Below, one piece after another: positions 37,711-50,882 of a stretch of 64,000 bases of DNA (the stretch's first letter is position 1; the number at the start of each line of letters is the position of its first letter). The notes beneath the pieces are model-generated. The model was not told where the DNA came from. It saw only the letters and a list, made by a program, of their open reading frames with translations, and ran no database searches. Position numbers and translations under genes: made by a program. Source of the stretch: Azolla caroliniana (lineage: Eukaryota > Plantae > Polypodiophyta); the NCBI GenBank assembly GCA_043228905.1, contig JBHGNT010000008.1, positions 8,246,001 through 8,310,000 on the forward strand. The letters run 5' to 3'.

Positions 37711-39612
37711 GCAAAGTAACATTGGGGAGGGGGATCAACGAGGAGCTCGATATATGTCGCTTTTTTTCCCTCCTAGTTTTTTTTTTTTTCCCCCCCTTCT
37801 TTTTTCTTCCCTCTCGGATTCGAGAAAGAAATTATCTCACATATTAATATCAAACTCCTAACTTTGTTTACTCGATCTTTCTGGTCAAAAATTATCTCTC
37901 GTATTCATATCAGACCACTCCTTGCATGGTTGTTGGCTCCTTTCTTTGAAAAATTAATCTCTCATTTCCATACCCAACCCATTGTAACACGATTCTGAAA
38001 TGATAAAGAATCGATTTTCTTTTGCAATAAACGAATGATTTACTCGAGCGAGACCCGAAAGCCGCTACGAGTGAACTTCGGAAGAGGCGGGCTGAAAAAG
38101 ATTGTGGAAGAGGAAGATGCAAGGCATCTAGAAGCCATGCACTACGCCGCATCCACCTTCCTCAGCCGGTCAAGAACAAGCCGAAACACAACCGGAACCC
38201 GAACGGCAAAGTGGTCAGCAGGCAGAGCAAGAAGTGCAACTCGACGCAGTTAGGCAGGACCGGCCACTGGCAAGTGAACCCATCAGCCAACTCTCCATGC
38301 AGACGCAACAACAGGGTACCGGCAGCCAATGGCTCTAAAGTGGTGGCGGACCAACAACAGCCACGTCGGACAAAGACAGCCGAATGTGTCGGACGACGGA
38401 GATAGCCGGACCGACGACAGGACATCAGCGGAAGAGTAACCGGAGAAGCGGCCGGACGAGCCAGACGGACAGCAGCCGACAGCCGGAAGGAACTGTGGCA
38501 GTCAGAAACCCTAAACAAATAGCTAGAGTTGCTAAAATGATGGGTTGGATGGCATCGGAACCGGAGACAGAGATGGAGAAATGGACACAAAGACGGAGCT
38601 GGCAGACAAGGCCGGACAGAGACAAACGACACCGGCAACGTCGAACAGAGATGGACGACCAACAATGATGGAACCGGAAAACAGAGAAAAACGGTCAGAC
38701 ATGGAGGCAAGGGCAGACGCACAAATCGTATGGCGACGGTGCAGAGGAAGCCATTACAACTATTGCACAACGAGCGACATAGGAAAACAAGGAAGAAAGA
38801 AGAAGACAAAGAAGATGCAGACAACGAACAACGACAACAATAGGAAAGAAAACAGAGAAAAGAAGAAGAGAATGAAGTAGGAAGAGAACATAGAAGAAGA
38901 AGAAGAAGGAGAAGAAGAAGAAGGAGAAGAAGGAGGAGATGTAGTCGTTGATGAACAGAGAAGTAAGAGGAAGAAGTCATGGAAGAAGAGAAGGCACATA
39001 ACAGAGGATGGAGAGAAACGAGAAAGGAAGAAGAAGACAAATCCGGAAGAAGAACTACATAAGAAAAGAAGAAGAAGCAAATGAAGATAGGACAGAAATG
39101 ACGACAAGAAGAGAAGCGGGAAACGAAAGCAGAAAGAAGAAGAAAGAGATGAGGGATACACACAAGAGAGAGTGCAATAACAGACCACAACAATAACCTA
39201 GAGATAAAGACGAAATTGAAGCAGAAGATAGGACGAGAAGAAAAATAGAGAAAGGGGCATTCGAGGAGTTTTGAAAACCTGAGGGCATCCAAAGAATTTC
39301 AAAAAACATGATGGCATTGTCAAAATTTTAAGAAATCAAAGGGCACCTATGGAATTTCGAAAACTCATGAACCTAAAAGAAATGGACACGATCCACACAC
39401 AACTCACAAGATAAAAGGAAGATACACATACACATAACGTTTTGGTGAAGTGTCTTAAGTGGACACCCTTTGTCGTAAGTTATCTCGCTGTAACACCCTT
39501 TGGTGAAGTGTCTTAAGTGGACACCCTTTGTTAGGTTGTTCTCCGGCCCTAAGGATTAACAAAGTTTTTGGCGACCACGATTCCTGCATAATCGTAGTGA
39601 ACAACGGCGGGA

Positions 39613-42600
39613 ATGGATGACTAGGCCAACAGACGACCCGGTTACAGAGAGAGCACGAAGACTTGTTGAACGGCGAAGGCGGCGAGAGGCTTTCCAACAA
39701 GCGGCGAAAGAAATCCGATCGAATTGATCATTTTCCAAAGTGATCCGGAAAGTGGCGGAGGAGTTGCTCCGTCTGAAACAAAACGCTTACCCGGACGAAG
39801 GAAGCAGCTTAAGCAGTCTCCGAGAAGCGGAATCCCTTCTCCAGGCCTTGGCCAAAAGAGATGGTGAATCTGAAGCGTTTTCGGCGCTGGAATCGGATTC
39901 AGAAGGGGGTTACAGCGCGCACACGAATATCGCAGCAGTAACGACACCCCAGGAGGACCGGAGGATGAGTAGTCGGATACATTACTGACACCGGAACTAG
40001 AATTGTCAGACCGGGAACCTCCGGCACTAGACGTGGAGCAACCTCCGGAGACGGAAGAGGACAAAGAAAGACCTCCGACACCGGAAGTCAAGCCGGCAAC
40101 ACCGAAGGAGGACCGACAAAGACCTCCGACTCCGACAGAGGACCAGCCACGACCTCTGACGCCGACAGAAGAGCAAGAAAGACCACCGACACCGCCAGCC
40201 CGCGCACCGACACCGGACGACGACATGTCGTTCCAGTACCCCAAGTATAGGGATGACCCGGACGCGGAGGCTCATGTTCATGCATTTCAACAAACATGGG
40301 AGGCGAACCATGTGTCACAACGGTTAACCGCGGCCGAAGAGGAACGATCTAAGATAGCCGCGTGACATTGGAAGGACCGGCCGCCAGATGGCACCGGACG
40401 CAGGACCCCAGCACCATCACCACCTTTGCGGACCTGAAAGCTAAATTCTTGCACTTCTTTCAGAAGGAGGTGAACCAGAGAGAAATGGTGGGCATATTTT
40501 ATACCATCCGGTAGGACCCTGGGGAGAGCATTCCGCAGTTTGTCATCCGGTTTCAACGGATGCACAGTCAGCTTACCCGAACACCTCCAGAGGAAGAAAC
40601 ACGGGCGCTCCGGGAACCTCTACGTACGGTATGCACGGTCATCGACTTTCGCACAAGTACCGTCGACCAGATCATCGACTGGGTTAGAGAAATGGAGAAA
40701 ACAAGCTCATGGCTAACAATGGGAGCACTCCAACGAGCGTTACCAACCGATGAGGATCTCCGGTTTCGACAGGCCATTCAATGCACAACATGCCTAAATG
40801 CCGGACACTCAGCACTAGAATGTACCATGCAGTCGCAATGTCTACTGTGTCATTCTAGGAACCACACAATGGAGTAGTGCGAGTACAATTTGTTGAATCG
40901 CCAAGCACCACTGGTTCGGCAAATCGAACCACGGAGTACCAAGGAGGAGGAAGAAGAACGTTGGAGGTGAGAAGTGTGATACCGACCGACACAGGATGTC
41001 CGGTACAGGGACAACTATGACCGATATGATAGATATGATCGGTACTGGGATCATAATGGACGGTATGAGAGATACAATCGGGACCAATCCCCCGGTTACA
41101 ACCAACGACGGGAAGCCTACGGGAGACATGATGACCAGCCCCGTCAAGAGTATCGGAATAAAAAGAAACGCCATTTCAAGAAAAGGGGTTACCTACGAGA
41201 ACCGGAGAAGGGTGCCTCAAGCAGCCAACCGGATCAAAGCCCCGCCGTTACCATAGGTCCTCCACCGGGGCCAGGAAACAACGCCGAATCCAACACTACC
41301 CGGAAAGCATATTGCTACTATTGCCGACAAGAAGGACATTATAGTAATCAATGTCCGGCAAAGAGCTATGATAAACAACCGGCGGTGAACATGGTAGTCA
41401 CCGAAGTCACAGACCTACAACAGGTAACCACAAGATCGAAGGGTAAGGCAACAGAATGGGAGGCGCAAGAGGCCATCCGCAAGCAGGCAACGGAATGGGT
41501 AGAAAAGACGAATGCGCGAAACATGGCAGAGCTTGCGCAACAAAAGGAAAATACCGAAGAGCTCGCCGGCGGCAGTCAGCCAGAAAATGCAACATGGCAG
41601 GCATTGCAGGAATGCCAAATCACGTTTCCATTAGGACGGCTCCTGCAGCTAGTGCCTAGATTCACAGAAGGACTCAAGACAGGCATGACAGCAGGAGAAA
41701 CACCACTGGCTCCAACATTCTTCTCAAATCCAGAGGAGGGACCGGCAGTAGTAGACACAAACAGTCCGGCAATCACAACCATCGTGAAGGGAAAGGAGTT
41801 ACCCGAAACAGTAATAGATGGAGGATCCAGTGTCAATGTGATTAGCCTCTGAACGTGCAAAACCTTGGGAATCCAAGAGTGGGAACCATGCCCGTTCTGG
41901 CTGCGAATGGCGGATAGAAGCTCAGTGCGACCGACCGGCTTGATACGAGATTTGGAAGTAACGATCGGCGGCCACACATTTCGCATTTCGGCAGTAGTGC
42001 TACAACTACAGGCACAAGGAGCTTGCCCACTATTGTTGGGGCGGCTGTGGTTGAAAACGACGCACATTAAACAAAATTGGAAGAAGAATATAATCACCTT
42101 CCGGCGAGGAAAAACAAAAGTATGGGTACCGACACAACCACGGACGGGTACCGGGAAGGAATTGACACCCCTATATGCCGAATGCGTCAATATGATGGAC
42201 GGATTAGCAGACGAAGAGGTAGATCAATATTTGCAAGATAATCTGAAGATCGTACCACTGTTCGAAATCAACGTAGCTGAAGCCGTATCACCATATATAC
42301 TGCAACCAGACGGAGCCGATGAGGAACCAAATAAAGAAGTGATCTGGGAGCTACGGCAAGCACAGGAGGCGCTGGAAAGAGAAATGGCTGTATCACAACG
42401 GGTTAAAGCATCCCAACTCGAGGAGGTAAATCTAGGAACTACGGAAGAGGCGAGACCGGTGCACATCGCCAAGGAAATGACTCCGGAGAACAAAACGGCG
42501 ATGATTACACTTCTCAAATAATTTCGGGACTTGTTTGCCTGGTCTTACGAGGATATGCGAGGGCTCGATCCTTAGCTATATCAGCATCAGATACATTTGA

Positions 42601-45085
42601 GCAAAGACGCCAAACCGGTAGCACAACGACGGTACCGGATGAATCCAAATTACGCCGCCAAAGTCAAGGAGGAAATCGACAAGTTGCTGAGGGTTGGCTT
42701 TATCCGCCCAGTAAAGAAATCTACATGGCTGAGCCCGATAGTAGTCGTACCAAAGAAAAACGGCAAAATTAGAGTTTGTGTCAACTACCATAAGCTTAAT
42801 GCGGCGACGATAACAAATGCATTCCCACTCCCATTTACGGATAGAGTTTTGGACACAGTCGCTGGCCATGAGGTATACAGTTTCTTAGACGGATTCAGCG
42901 GATACAACCAGATCCAGATGCACCCCGATGACAAGGAGAAAACGGCTTTCGTCACCGAATGGGGAGTGTTTGTTGTCGTAGTAATGATGTTCGGACTAAA
43001 ATCGGCGCTAGCAACGTTCTAGAGGATCATCATGGAAATATTCAGAGAGTTCATACCGGCATTCATGCAGGTGTTTCTGGATGACTTCGCCGTCTATAGC
43101 CGGGAAGGAGATCACTTTCAGCACCTCCAACTGTGTCTAGAGAAATGTCGGGCTTACCGGCTAACCTTGAATCTGGCAAAATGTGTATTCGGAGTGTCAA
43201 GCGGGGCGCTATTAGGACACATTGTGAGCAAGGAAGGAATTGTCGTGGACCCGGACAAAGTAAAAGCAATCTTGGAGGCACCGGCACCAACAACGGCCAA
43301 AGCATTAAGCCATTTCTTAGGTCAAATCTGGTGGCATAGCCGAATGCTCCGGTATATGGCGGACCTAGCTACACCACTACATGTTGTGGTACACCGAACA
43401 CCGTGGACCGACACCGAAGACAAGGCGTACCGAGCACTCAAAGTACTATTGTCGCAAGCACCGGTAGTACAAACCCTGGATTGGGCTAAGGAGTTTCATG
43501 TGTCCGTGGATGCGTCCGACATTGCAATCGGAAGTTTGATGATGCAACTTACGAAGCCAAGGTGGTACCGGCCCGTATATTACGCAAGCCGAAAGTTATC
43601 CCAAGCCGAACGAAATTATTCCACCACGAAAAGGGAAGCTTTGGGCATGATCTACAGTGTGACAAAATTCAGACATTATTTGCTGGGAAGGAAATTTTCC
43701 TTCCACGTAGATCATTCGGCACTCCTCTATTTAGTTTCCAAAGCGTCACTAACCGGTAAGTTGGCACGGTGGACGTTACTGTTGCAGGAATTTGAGTTCG
43801 AAATATTCCACCGACCCGGCATACAGCACGCAGTCGCAGACTATTTGAGCCGGTTAGATTCCGGCGAGACTGGTGACGGAGTCCCGGACGAGTTTCCGGA
43901 TGCTGAGCTATTTCGAGTCACCGCGGAAACGGCAACAGATGAAACGGTGGCACAAGAAGATAAATGGCTAACGAATATGCAACAATTTCTGAGCACCGGA
44001 TTGCCTCTGGAGGAGATGAACTGAGACGAGAGGAAACACCTGGCGGTACAAAGTCGGCACTTCTGTTTAGTACGGGACACGCTATACCACAAAGGCGCGG
44101 ACGGTATATGGCAACAGGCGGGGCGCAGCGACGAGAAGGATATAATACTACGAGAAGCACACTGCGGAGTCGCCGGAGGCCATTACGCCGGAGATGCTAC
44201 GGCAAGGAAGATATGGCAGAGTGGCCTACGGTGGCCGACAACATTGAAAGACACGGTCCGGTACGCTAAAGAATGTGATCTATGTTAGCGAATGGGCCAG
44301 CCAACCGAACAAGCTAGGATGCCGCACCAGCCAGTATTGCCATTAGAACCATTTCAGAAATGGGGGCTGGATTTTGTGGGTCCATTTAAACCGCCAGCGA
44401 TGCGAACCGGCAACCAATATGTAATTGTCGCTACGGATTACTACATGAAATGGGTAGAAGCCAAAGCCTTGCGCGACAACACCACGGCGTCGATGGCGAA
44501 ATTCTTGTATGAATACATCTGGTGCAGGTATGGATGCCCGATCAAGCTAATAAGTGACCAAGGAGGGCACTTCCTCGGCCAAGTGGTGGAAAGCCTGACG
44601 TCGTTCTATGTCGTGGTGCATAAACAGAGCACGCCATACTATCCGCAAGCAAACGGGTTAGCCGAGTCGACAAACAAAATGCTACAGAATATCCTTCGGA
44701 AAATCGTCAACGAAAACCGGACAGAGTAGGATACGAAGTTGCACAACGCACTCTGGGCTTACCGGACAGCCTACAAAACAAACATCCAAACCACACCATT
44801 CCAGCTAGCATTCGGATTGGAGGTCGTCATGCCGGTAGAGTTCCAGGTCCCGAGCTTACGGATTCAGATTAGGGAACGGTTAAACGAAAAGGAATCGGAG
44901 GCAATTCGGTTAGCGGCTCTGTGTGAACTAGAAGAACACCGACTAGCGAGTATCATGCACCTGGAACTGGAGCAGCGGCGAAGAAAGGCGTTTGTGGATC
45001 GCCATCGAAAAGGAAATGAAAAGATGTTTGGAATCGGCAAGCCGGTACTAGTGTTCAAGACCCGAATGGGAAAGATGCCGGGGAA
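39613..45085 (+). pseudogene. Gypsy gag-pol (gag with zinc knuckles, protease, RT, RNase H, integrase) with multiple stops
   Basis: CTTCLNAGHSALEC, CYYCRQEGHYSNQC; VIDGGSSVN; FLDGFSGYNQI, FLDDF; VDASD..YASRKL..DHSAL; WGLDFVGP, PQANGLAE. Confidence 0.9.
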
Positions 45086-45640
45086 ACCAAGCAATCGGCA
45101 ACAACGAAGCCGGTAAGGGGGACAAAGAGTCGGCAGACGGGTTGGATAAGAGGACGGCAAACCGTCACAAGGCCGGCAAGATTCCTCATTCGGGTAAGGG
45201 TCCGATAGGACCGGAGGCGAGGCGAATTAACCTAACAATTGATAATCAAAAAAAAAAAAAAAAAATCGAAACGAATCAAAGAAATCATGCAAAGGAGTGG
45301 TGGGAACGGCCATGCAAACGAGGGGTAAAGAGGCACTTCAAAAAGGTACGAGGGGGCTATGAATAGGGCATTAAACCACCACCACATGGCACGTAATGCT
45401 ATTATAGTACACGACCTGCACATGCGTAGGCTCGAAAAAGGCGCCAAGATGCAAAGAGAAACACCCCCCCCCCCATCAAGACCTTCTTCTTTCGCGAACC
45501 AAGGAGCACAGACGTAGACAAGCACTTGAAGATCATCAGAAGAGAGCCAACACACACAGAGCTTCCTCACACAGAGCCTCCTCACACAGAGCTTCCTCAT
45601 ACACAGCCCTCTACCAACGTTGTCTGACCTCGACGCAGAC

Positions 45641-48600
45641 ATGGACTGCCAGACTCTCTCTGAGGCTGCCAAGAAATGGCTACGACAACACGGATTGGAG
45701 GGGTTCCTCACAATCATGGAAGCACCAGCACATAGAGAAGTCGACAAGATCATCAAAGAAATTGACACCGAGCTGATCACGGAGGAAGCGATTCGTGCAC
45801 TAACAGGCCTTCCGGAGGGAGGCATCTATACTATTGACAACCCTACCTCCGAACAGCTCATCAAATACTTCGGCGAGTATTCTCTGGCCAGCAAGGGCTA
45901 CAGGACACAGGGCGGAGAAGATATGTTATTCCGAGAAATTTCCCGTGTACTCCATGAGTTCGGCCACGTATACCCTCGACCCCCCGTCATGCCTCAGAAC
46001 CGAGCAAGCTTGATCATTGCAACATACGAAGGGGTCAAGGTGGATTGGCCGGTGTTGATCGCCGATGGATTATGTGCGGCTATTGACACCGTAAGAGGTA
46101 AGGAAGCCAAAGAAGGCCGCAAAATATGGCATGCGGTGGTGCAATGGCTCACCCTATTGGCGCCACCTATCGAGCCCGTCCAAACCAAGAAGTGGGGAAG
46201 AGCAACAGACGACACCCCGAAAATTGCTTCAAAACGACAGCAGTTGTTGGCCACCAAGACCACTAAGGGGAAGACAGCCGATACGGAGCAGGCGGCGAAG
46301 GAGCACGCCATCCGGAAGCAACCGACGGACACGCAGGAGGAGACACCGGCACGGCCCCTGAAGAGCACATTTCGCCGACCGGTGCAACAAAAAACGGACA
46401 CCCTGGCGGCAAGAATGAATGCCGAGACTCATGAGGAGGAAACGGAGGAAGAACCTACGAAGCACCTCCAGCGCCGGCCGACGACGAGCACCGCAGAATC
46501 GGCCAAGAAGTGTTTGGACCCACAGAAGGATGGAACGCCTTTACCCCACATTGAGAATCCCACGCCAAGGGAGGAACCGGAACCGGTTCGGATGGAGCCG
46601 GTCTCAGAAGCCCCTGCACAACAAGCAATACCGGCAAGCCCCGAAACGCAAGCGTCGGTAAGGCATGTGCTACCTTCGTTAGCCGGTCAAGAACAAGTCG
46701 AAACACAACCGGAACCCGAACGGCAAAGTGGTCAGCAGGCAGAGCAGGAAGTGCAGCTCGACGCACTTAGGCAGGACCGGCCACTAGCAAGTGAACCCAT
46801 TAGCCAACCCTCCGTGCAAACGCAACAACAGGGTACCAACAGCCAATGGCTCCGGTGGATAGGAGAGCAGGTTGCCGGAGTGATACTATATGTAGAGATG
46901 GAAGAACGAGCGCAGATGGAACGGTTGCTAGTCACAACCGATGAACTAGAGACGGCCCGGTCAAGGATCCAGTGCCTTGAACAAGACTTGGATCGGGTCA
47001 CAGAAGACATGGCCAAAATGGCCTTAACCACAACACAGATCCAAGCACCGGTGACTCCGATGGATGTACAGAATAAAGAAACAACCACGCCTATACATAC
47101 GAATAAGACCCCGGAGACAGAAACCGTCCTGGAGAAAGATGCGGAGCAAGCCCAAGAGCTTGCCGAATTAAGGGACGAACTTGCCGCACAAGAAGCACTA
47201 TGGAGCCGTGAACGAGATTTGAAGAAAGCGGCAGAAGAGGAGCTAAGGAAGACTTCTAAAAACCTCCGCTGGGCAGAAGAAAATATGCGGAAAGGGCATC
47301 AAGCTTACGACTGGCTAAAGGAGGAAAAAGAAAAATTGATGTAGGAGAAGGACAAGTTGCGACGGATGGTAGAAACAGAAATCGAAAGGCTGAAAGAAGA
47401 ACTCCGTCAACAAAAGGACCGGGAAGACCGCACTCGCCGGCAAATCAACCAGAGGCTGAAGTAGAAGATAGAGGACTTCGACCACCTGCACCGGAATTTT
47501 AAGAGCTTGGACACGGAGTATAAGCAACAACAGGAAAGAATGGCCGAGCTCCGACAGGAAGTTGATAGGGCCACAACGGCACTCGCCGACGAACGGGTTG
47601 AGAATACAAAGCTATTGGAGGAAGCGGCAAGGGACCGGATGGAGCTCCACAAGTAGCACAATGAAGAAAAGGAGAGGGCGACAATGGTGTTACAGAGGGT
47701 GCAAACAACCTGTCAAAGTCAATTGTCGCGTTATAGGGAGCAGGAGGCGCACACTGTCAGAATCATCAAGCAATTGAAAGAGGAGCGACAAGCCGCGGAG
47801 AACAAATCACAGATGGGAATGGAACAAATCTAGTGCATCCTCCGGGCGATGGCTAAACAAGACCAAACGCTTGATTGACGAGAGCTTCGTGTGATGCTGG
47901 ACGAAATGGGCGCAGAATACGACTGAACTCCAGTTGCTCAGGGCGGACGCCGAAAACCGACGGAAGGAAGGTGACGACTGTTACATGCTCACATCGGAGG
48001 ACTTCACCGCCATAAAGGATGAGCTGGCAGAAGATTTCACGGCTCTGGCGGATGAGCAATTGGTGCAGGTCCGACAACTCATAGCTCAACTGGACGACGA
48101 TCAGATGGATGCTCAAATCCAGTTTGAGAGCTATGAGCGGTCCAGGCTTAGGGAAGAAAAAGCAAGGCAGGCGGCAATGGTCAACCTCAGTGATGAGGAA
48201 CCGTCGCCGGTACAATGACCAGACGGAGACTAGGTCGGGGTAAGTCAACCAGAGACAACTCCGATGGAGGAAACAATGAAGGAAACGCCGGTGCTAGAAA
48301 GAAAGAAAGAAAGATGTATTAACGTCTTCTAAGGCCAAATTTGGCCCATGAGACAATTGGTTTACAACAATAGAGTATTTATCCAGTCATCATAACTAAA
48401 AATAAAATTAAGTAAAAAAAAATAGAACTTAAACTAAAAGAGTTCTAGTAGTGTACAATATGTAGTATACTCGAAAGTGACTATACACTAAGCCTAATTT
48501 TATTTCCACCCAAGCCTCTCGAAAAGAAATGGGGGGTCAAAGGGTCTTGATGTGGGTTCCAATGTAGAGAGTGCCCTAGCCATGGCTTCTAGGCGGTGTA

Positions 48601-50327
48601 GCTCACGTTCCCTTATTTTTAATATTGCTTCCACATCACGTTGAGTTGTTTTGAAACCCGGCACCCGAGGACGTCTGGTTCTTCTCTGGTTTTCTGCCTC
48701 ATCAATGGAAAGGCCGGGTGGTGCAAGTGTATCGACATTCGTTGTCTCCTCAGGTTCCTGAAAAACTGCATTTGTTACATGTTCGTGATCATTAGCAACA
48801 TTATTGTCAACATTTTGTAATTTATTCTCTCTGTGTTGTTTTAGCTCTAGAATGTATTTGCCTAATTTATTTATATCTAGAGTATCTAATAGTTTGGGGA
48901 GGGTGGGAGACGGACCAAGTATGTCTTGGTATTTTGCCCTTATCTCGGCATAGGTTGGACACTTGCATGTAAAGTGGTACTCATCCTCTATCTCTATGTG
49001 ACATAACCTACATATCCTTTCCTCCCTAGGGACTCCACTAGTACGGCCATTTTCAATCTCAAGTTGGTGAGACGATATTCTAAGTTGTCCAATGGAAACC
49101 CTTAGTGCATGTGGTAAGAATACATCTAGATATTTTGGCCGTGTGATAAAACCTAACTCAGAGAAGTGCATGAAGTGTTTCTTATAGTACGACATTTTAG
49201 ATGGGAGTGGCTCTAGTGGGGTGATCCATTTACACCGAGTGTAAATTTGCCATATTTCTTGGCGTATTACTTTATTGCGGTTCTCATGAGAGATTAAGGT
49301 GTTATCACTCGTGTGGTTGTACCTAAGGGGAGGTAGGTTATTAATGTCTAGACCATTCGTGAGAAGCCAAGTCACCATCATGCCATACCATGAGCTAGTA
49401 TAGCCGGACTCATACAATGATCGAGAGGCCTTAAAGGCTTGATGAGATATTCTATCATGTGGTTGGCTATGTATCCTATCAATAAAGACTACAAGTTGAA
49501 AAAGTGCCTCTACTAGCATTGGGGGTAACGTGAACTCGGCCCTAATAATGTCATGTGGTACAGTCGATTTGCTTCGGAGTTGGCGTGATAGCATCATCAC
49601 CAATGGTCTCTCTAATTGCGTCCACATGAAGGATGGTAATCCTGGAGCCCAAACCGCTGATGCATACATGAGGGAGGGGGTCACTAATGAGTCAAAGAGC
49701 CACCCTTTAGTCCGTGGCTCTTGAAAGTGTGCTTGGTGGCATTGTCTCTCTAGGAGTGAGAGGGATACATGTCCTCTCGTGAGTCTATCCTTCGCTGCCT
49801 GTGTCATCGAAAATTTACCTGAGTGGGCACTAAAAGTGACTCCGAGATATACGTACGATCCAACCACCTCGACTGGGCTATGGGAGATAGTTAGTTGACA
49901 CTTGGCTCTAACTTGGGCCGATGTGTGGAAGATAAGGACTTTCGTTTTCCCTAGATTCACTACCAATCCTCGTTGTACACAAAAGTCATCTAAGGCATTG
50001 AGGTGCCTCTGTAGGTCGTGTTCGGATTCAGAGAGCAAAACTATGTCATCCGCATAGAGCAAGATACGAACCTGCGTATCCCCAAGGACCACTCCGGTGC
50101 CTCCCTCACGAGCAATAAAATATGTGATCTCATCAATGTAGATCCCAAAAAGCGTCGGTGATAGGGGGCAACCATCGGAGTCGCAGCCAGAGTCGCAGCC
50201 ACAAACGGAGAAGCAACCCCAGCCACAATCGGAGCAGCCGTAGCAGCAACAATAGCCACAACAGATTCTCCTAGAACCACTGGAGACCCTGGAGCAAAGC
50301 ATCCTGGATATCTTGGACGAAGAGTAA
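45641..50327 (+). pseudogene. Extra sense-strand ORF (about 900+ aa reconstructed): PMD/Transposase_32-like N-terminus, low-complexity linker, long coiled coil, acidic tail; split by stops and a LINE at 48296-50172
   Basis: ORF 45620-47344, continuing through 47934-48218 and ending ...PLETLEQSILDILDEE* at 50327; ITEEAIRALTGLP and IIATYEGVKVDWPVLI motifs. Confidence 0.75.
48296..50172 (-). mobile_element. 5'-truncated LINE (same family as 14976-18950) with open RT C-terminal half and (TTTC)n tail
   Basis: GCPLSPTLF, LLYADD, LRISSHQLEIENGR, ends FERLGWK like the other copy; no TSD evident. Confidence 0.92.
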
Positions 50328-50882
50328 GGGGCCGGTGTGGGATTCGACGTACAAGGTACTATCCCACGGGCGTGCCATGTGTTACCCGGCCGACAAAGGA
50401 GCTAAGGACGACAAAGACCAGGGTGTGAAAAGGGGAATTGTTATTTAGGAATCTGTTCAAATTACTAGTCTTAATATATAGATTAATATATGAGAAGATG
50501 TGGATGGACGGACCAGAATTAGTATGCCGATCCGGATCCGGACCGATCCCGAATAGGTGCGGTTGGCACCATTTTGTACTTCGCGTCGGTGACCTATATA
50601 AAGGCCCGGTTATAATGTAGTCATTAACGGAGAGTAATATAAACCTTTTGTTTAATCATTGAGTATTGTTCACCGTTCTGTGCTTATTGTATATCTTATG
50701 CGTGTTAATGATGTATTTCTAAGTAACCGATTAAGGTCCAATTAACCGTTGTGTTGTAAGTTATCTCGTTGTAACACCCTTTGGTGAAGTGTCTTAAGTG
50801 GACACCCTGTGTTAGGCTATTGTCCGGACCTAAGGATTAACACACAACCTCCGCAAAGCTTGTGTTATCGTTGATTGGATCC

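Larger units (their letters stand above)
39440..50842 (+). mobile_element. Athila-like non-chromovirus gypsy with extra ORF: 5' LTR remnant 39440-39561, PBS 39569-39578, gag-pol, extra ORF, 3' LTR 50380-50842
   Basis: Both LTR pieces end ...taaggattaaca; PBS TGGCGACCAC resembles tRNA-Arg(UCG) complement (recall); domain order PR-RT-RH-IN with no archaeal RNase H or chromodomain seen. Confidence 0.88.

Noticed and set aside
38162-39292. 376-aa hydrophobic minus-strand ORF as a membrane or Env protein
   Set aside because: A by-product of the GA-rich strand skew (Leu/Ser/Phe runs) with no recognisable motif.
45620-47344. Host gene or retroviral Env
   Set aside because: Lies between integrase and the 3' LTR, has a homologue in a second element, and shows no signal peptide or transmembrane helix.
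50173-50302. Cys-rich N-terminus of the 600-aa ORF 48500-50302
   Set aside because: Antisense reading of the host extra-ORF tail fused by chance to the 5'-truncated LINE.
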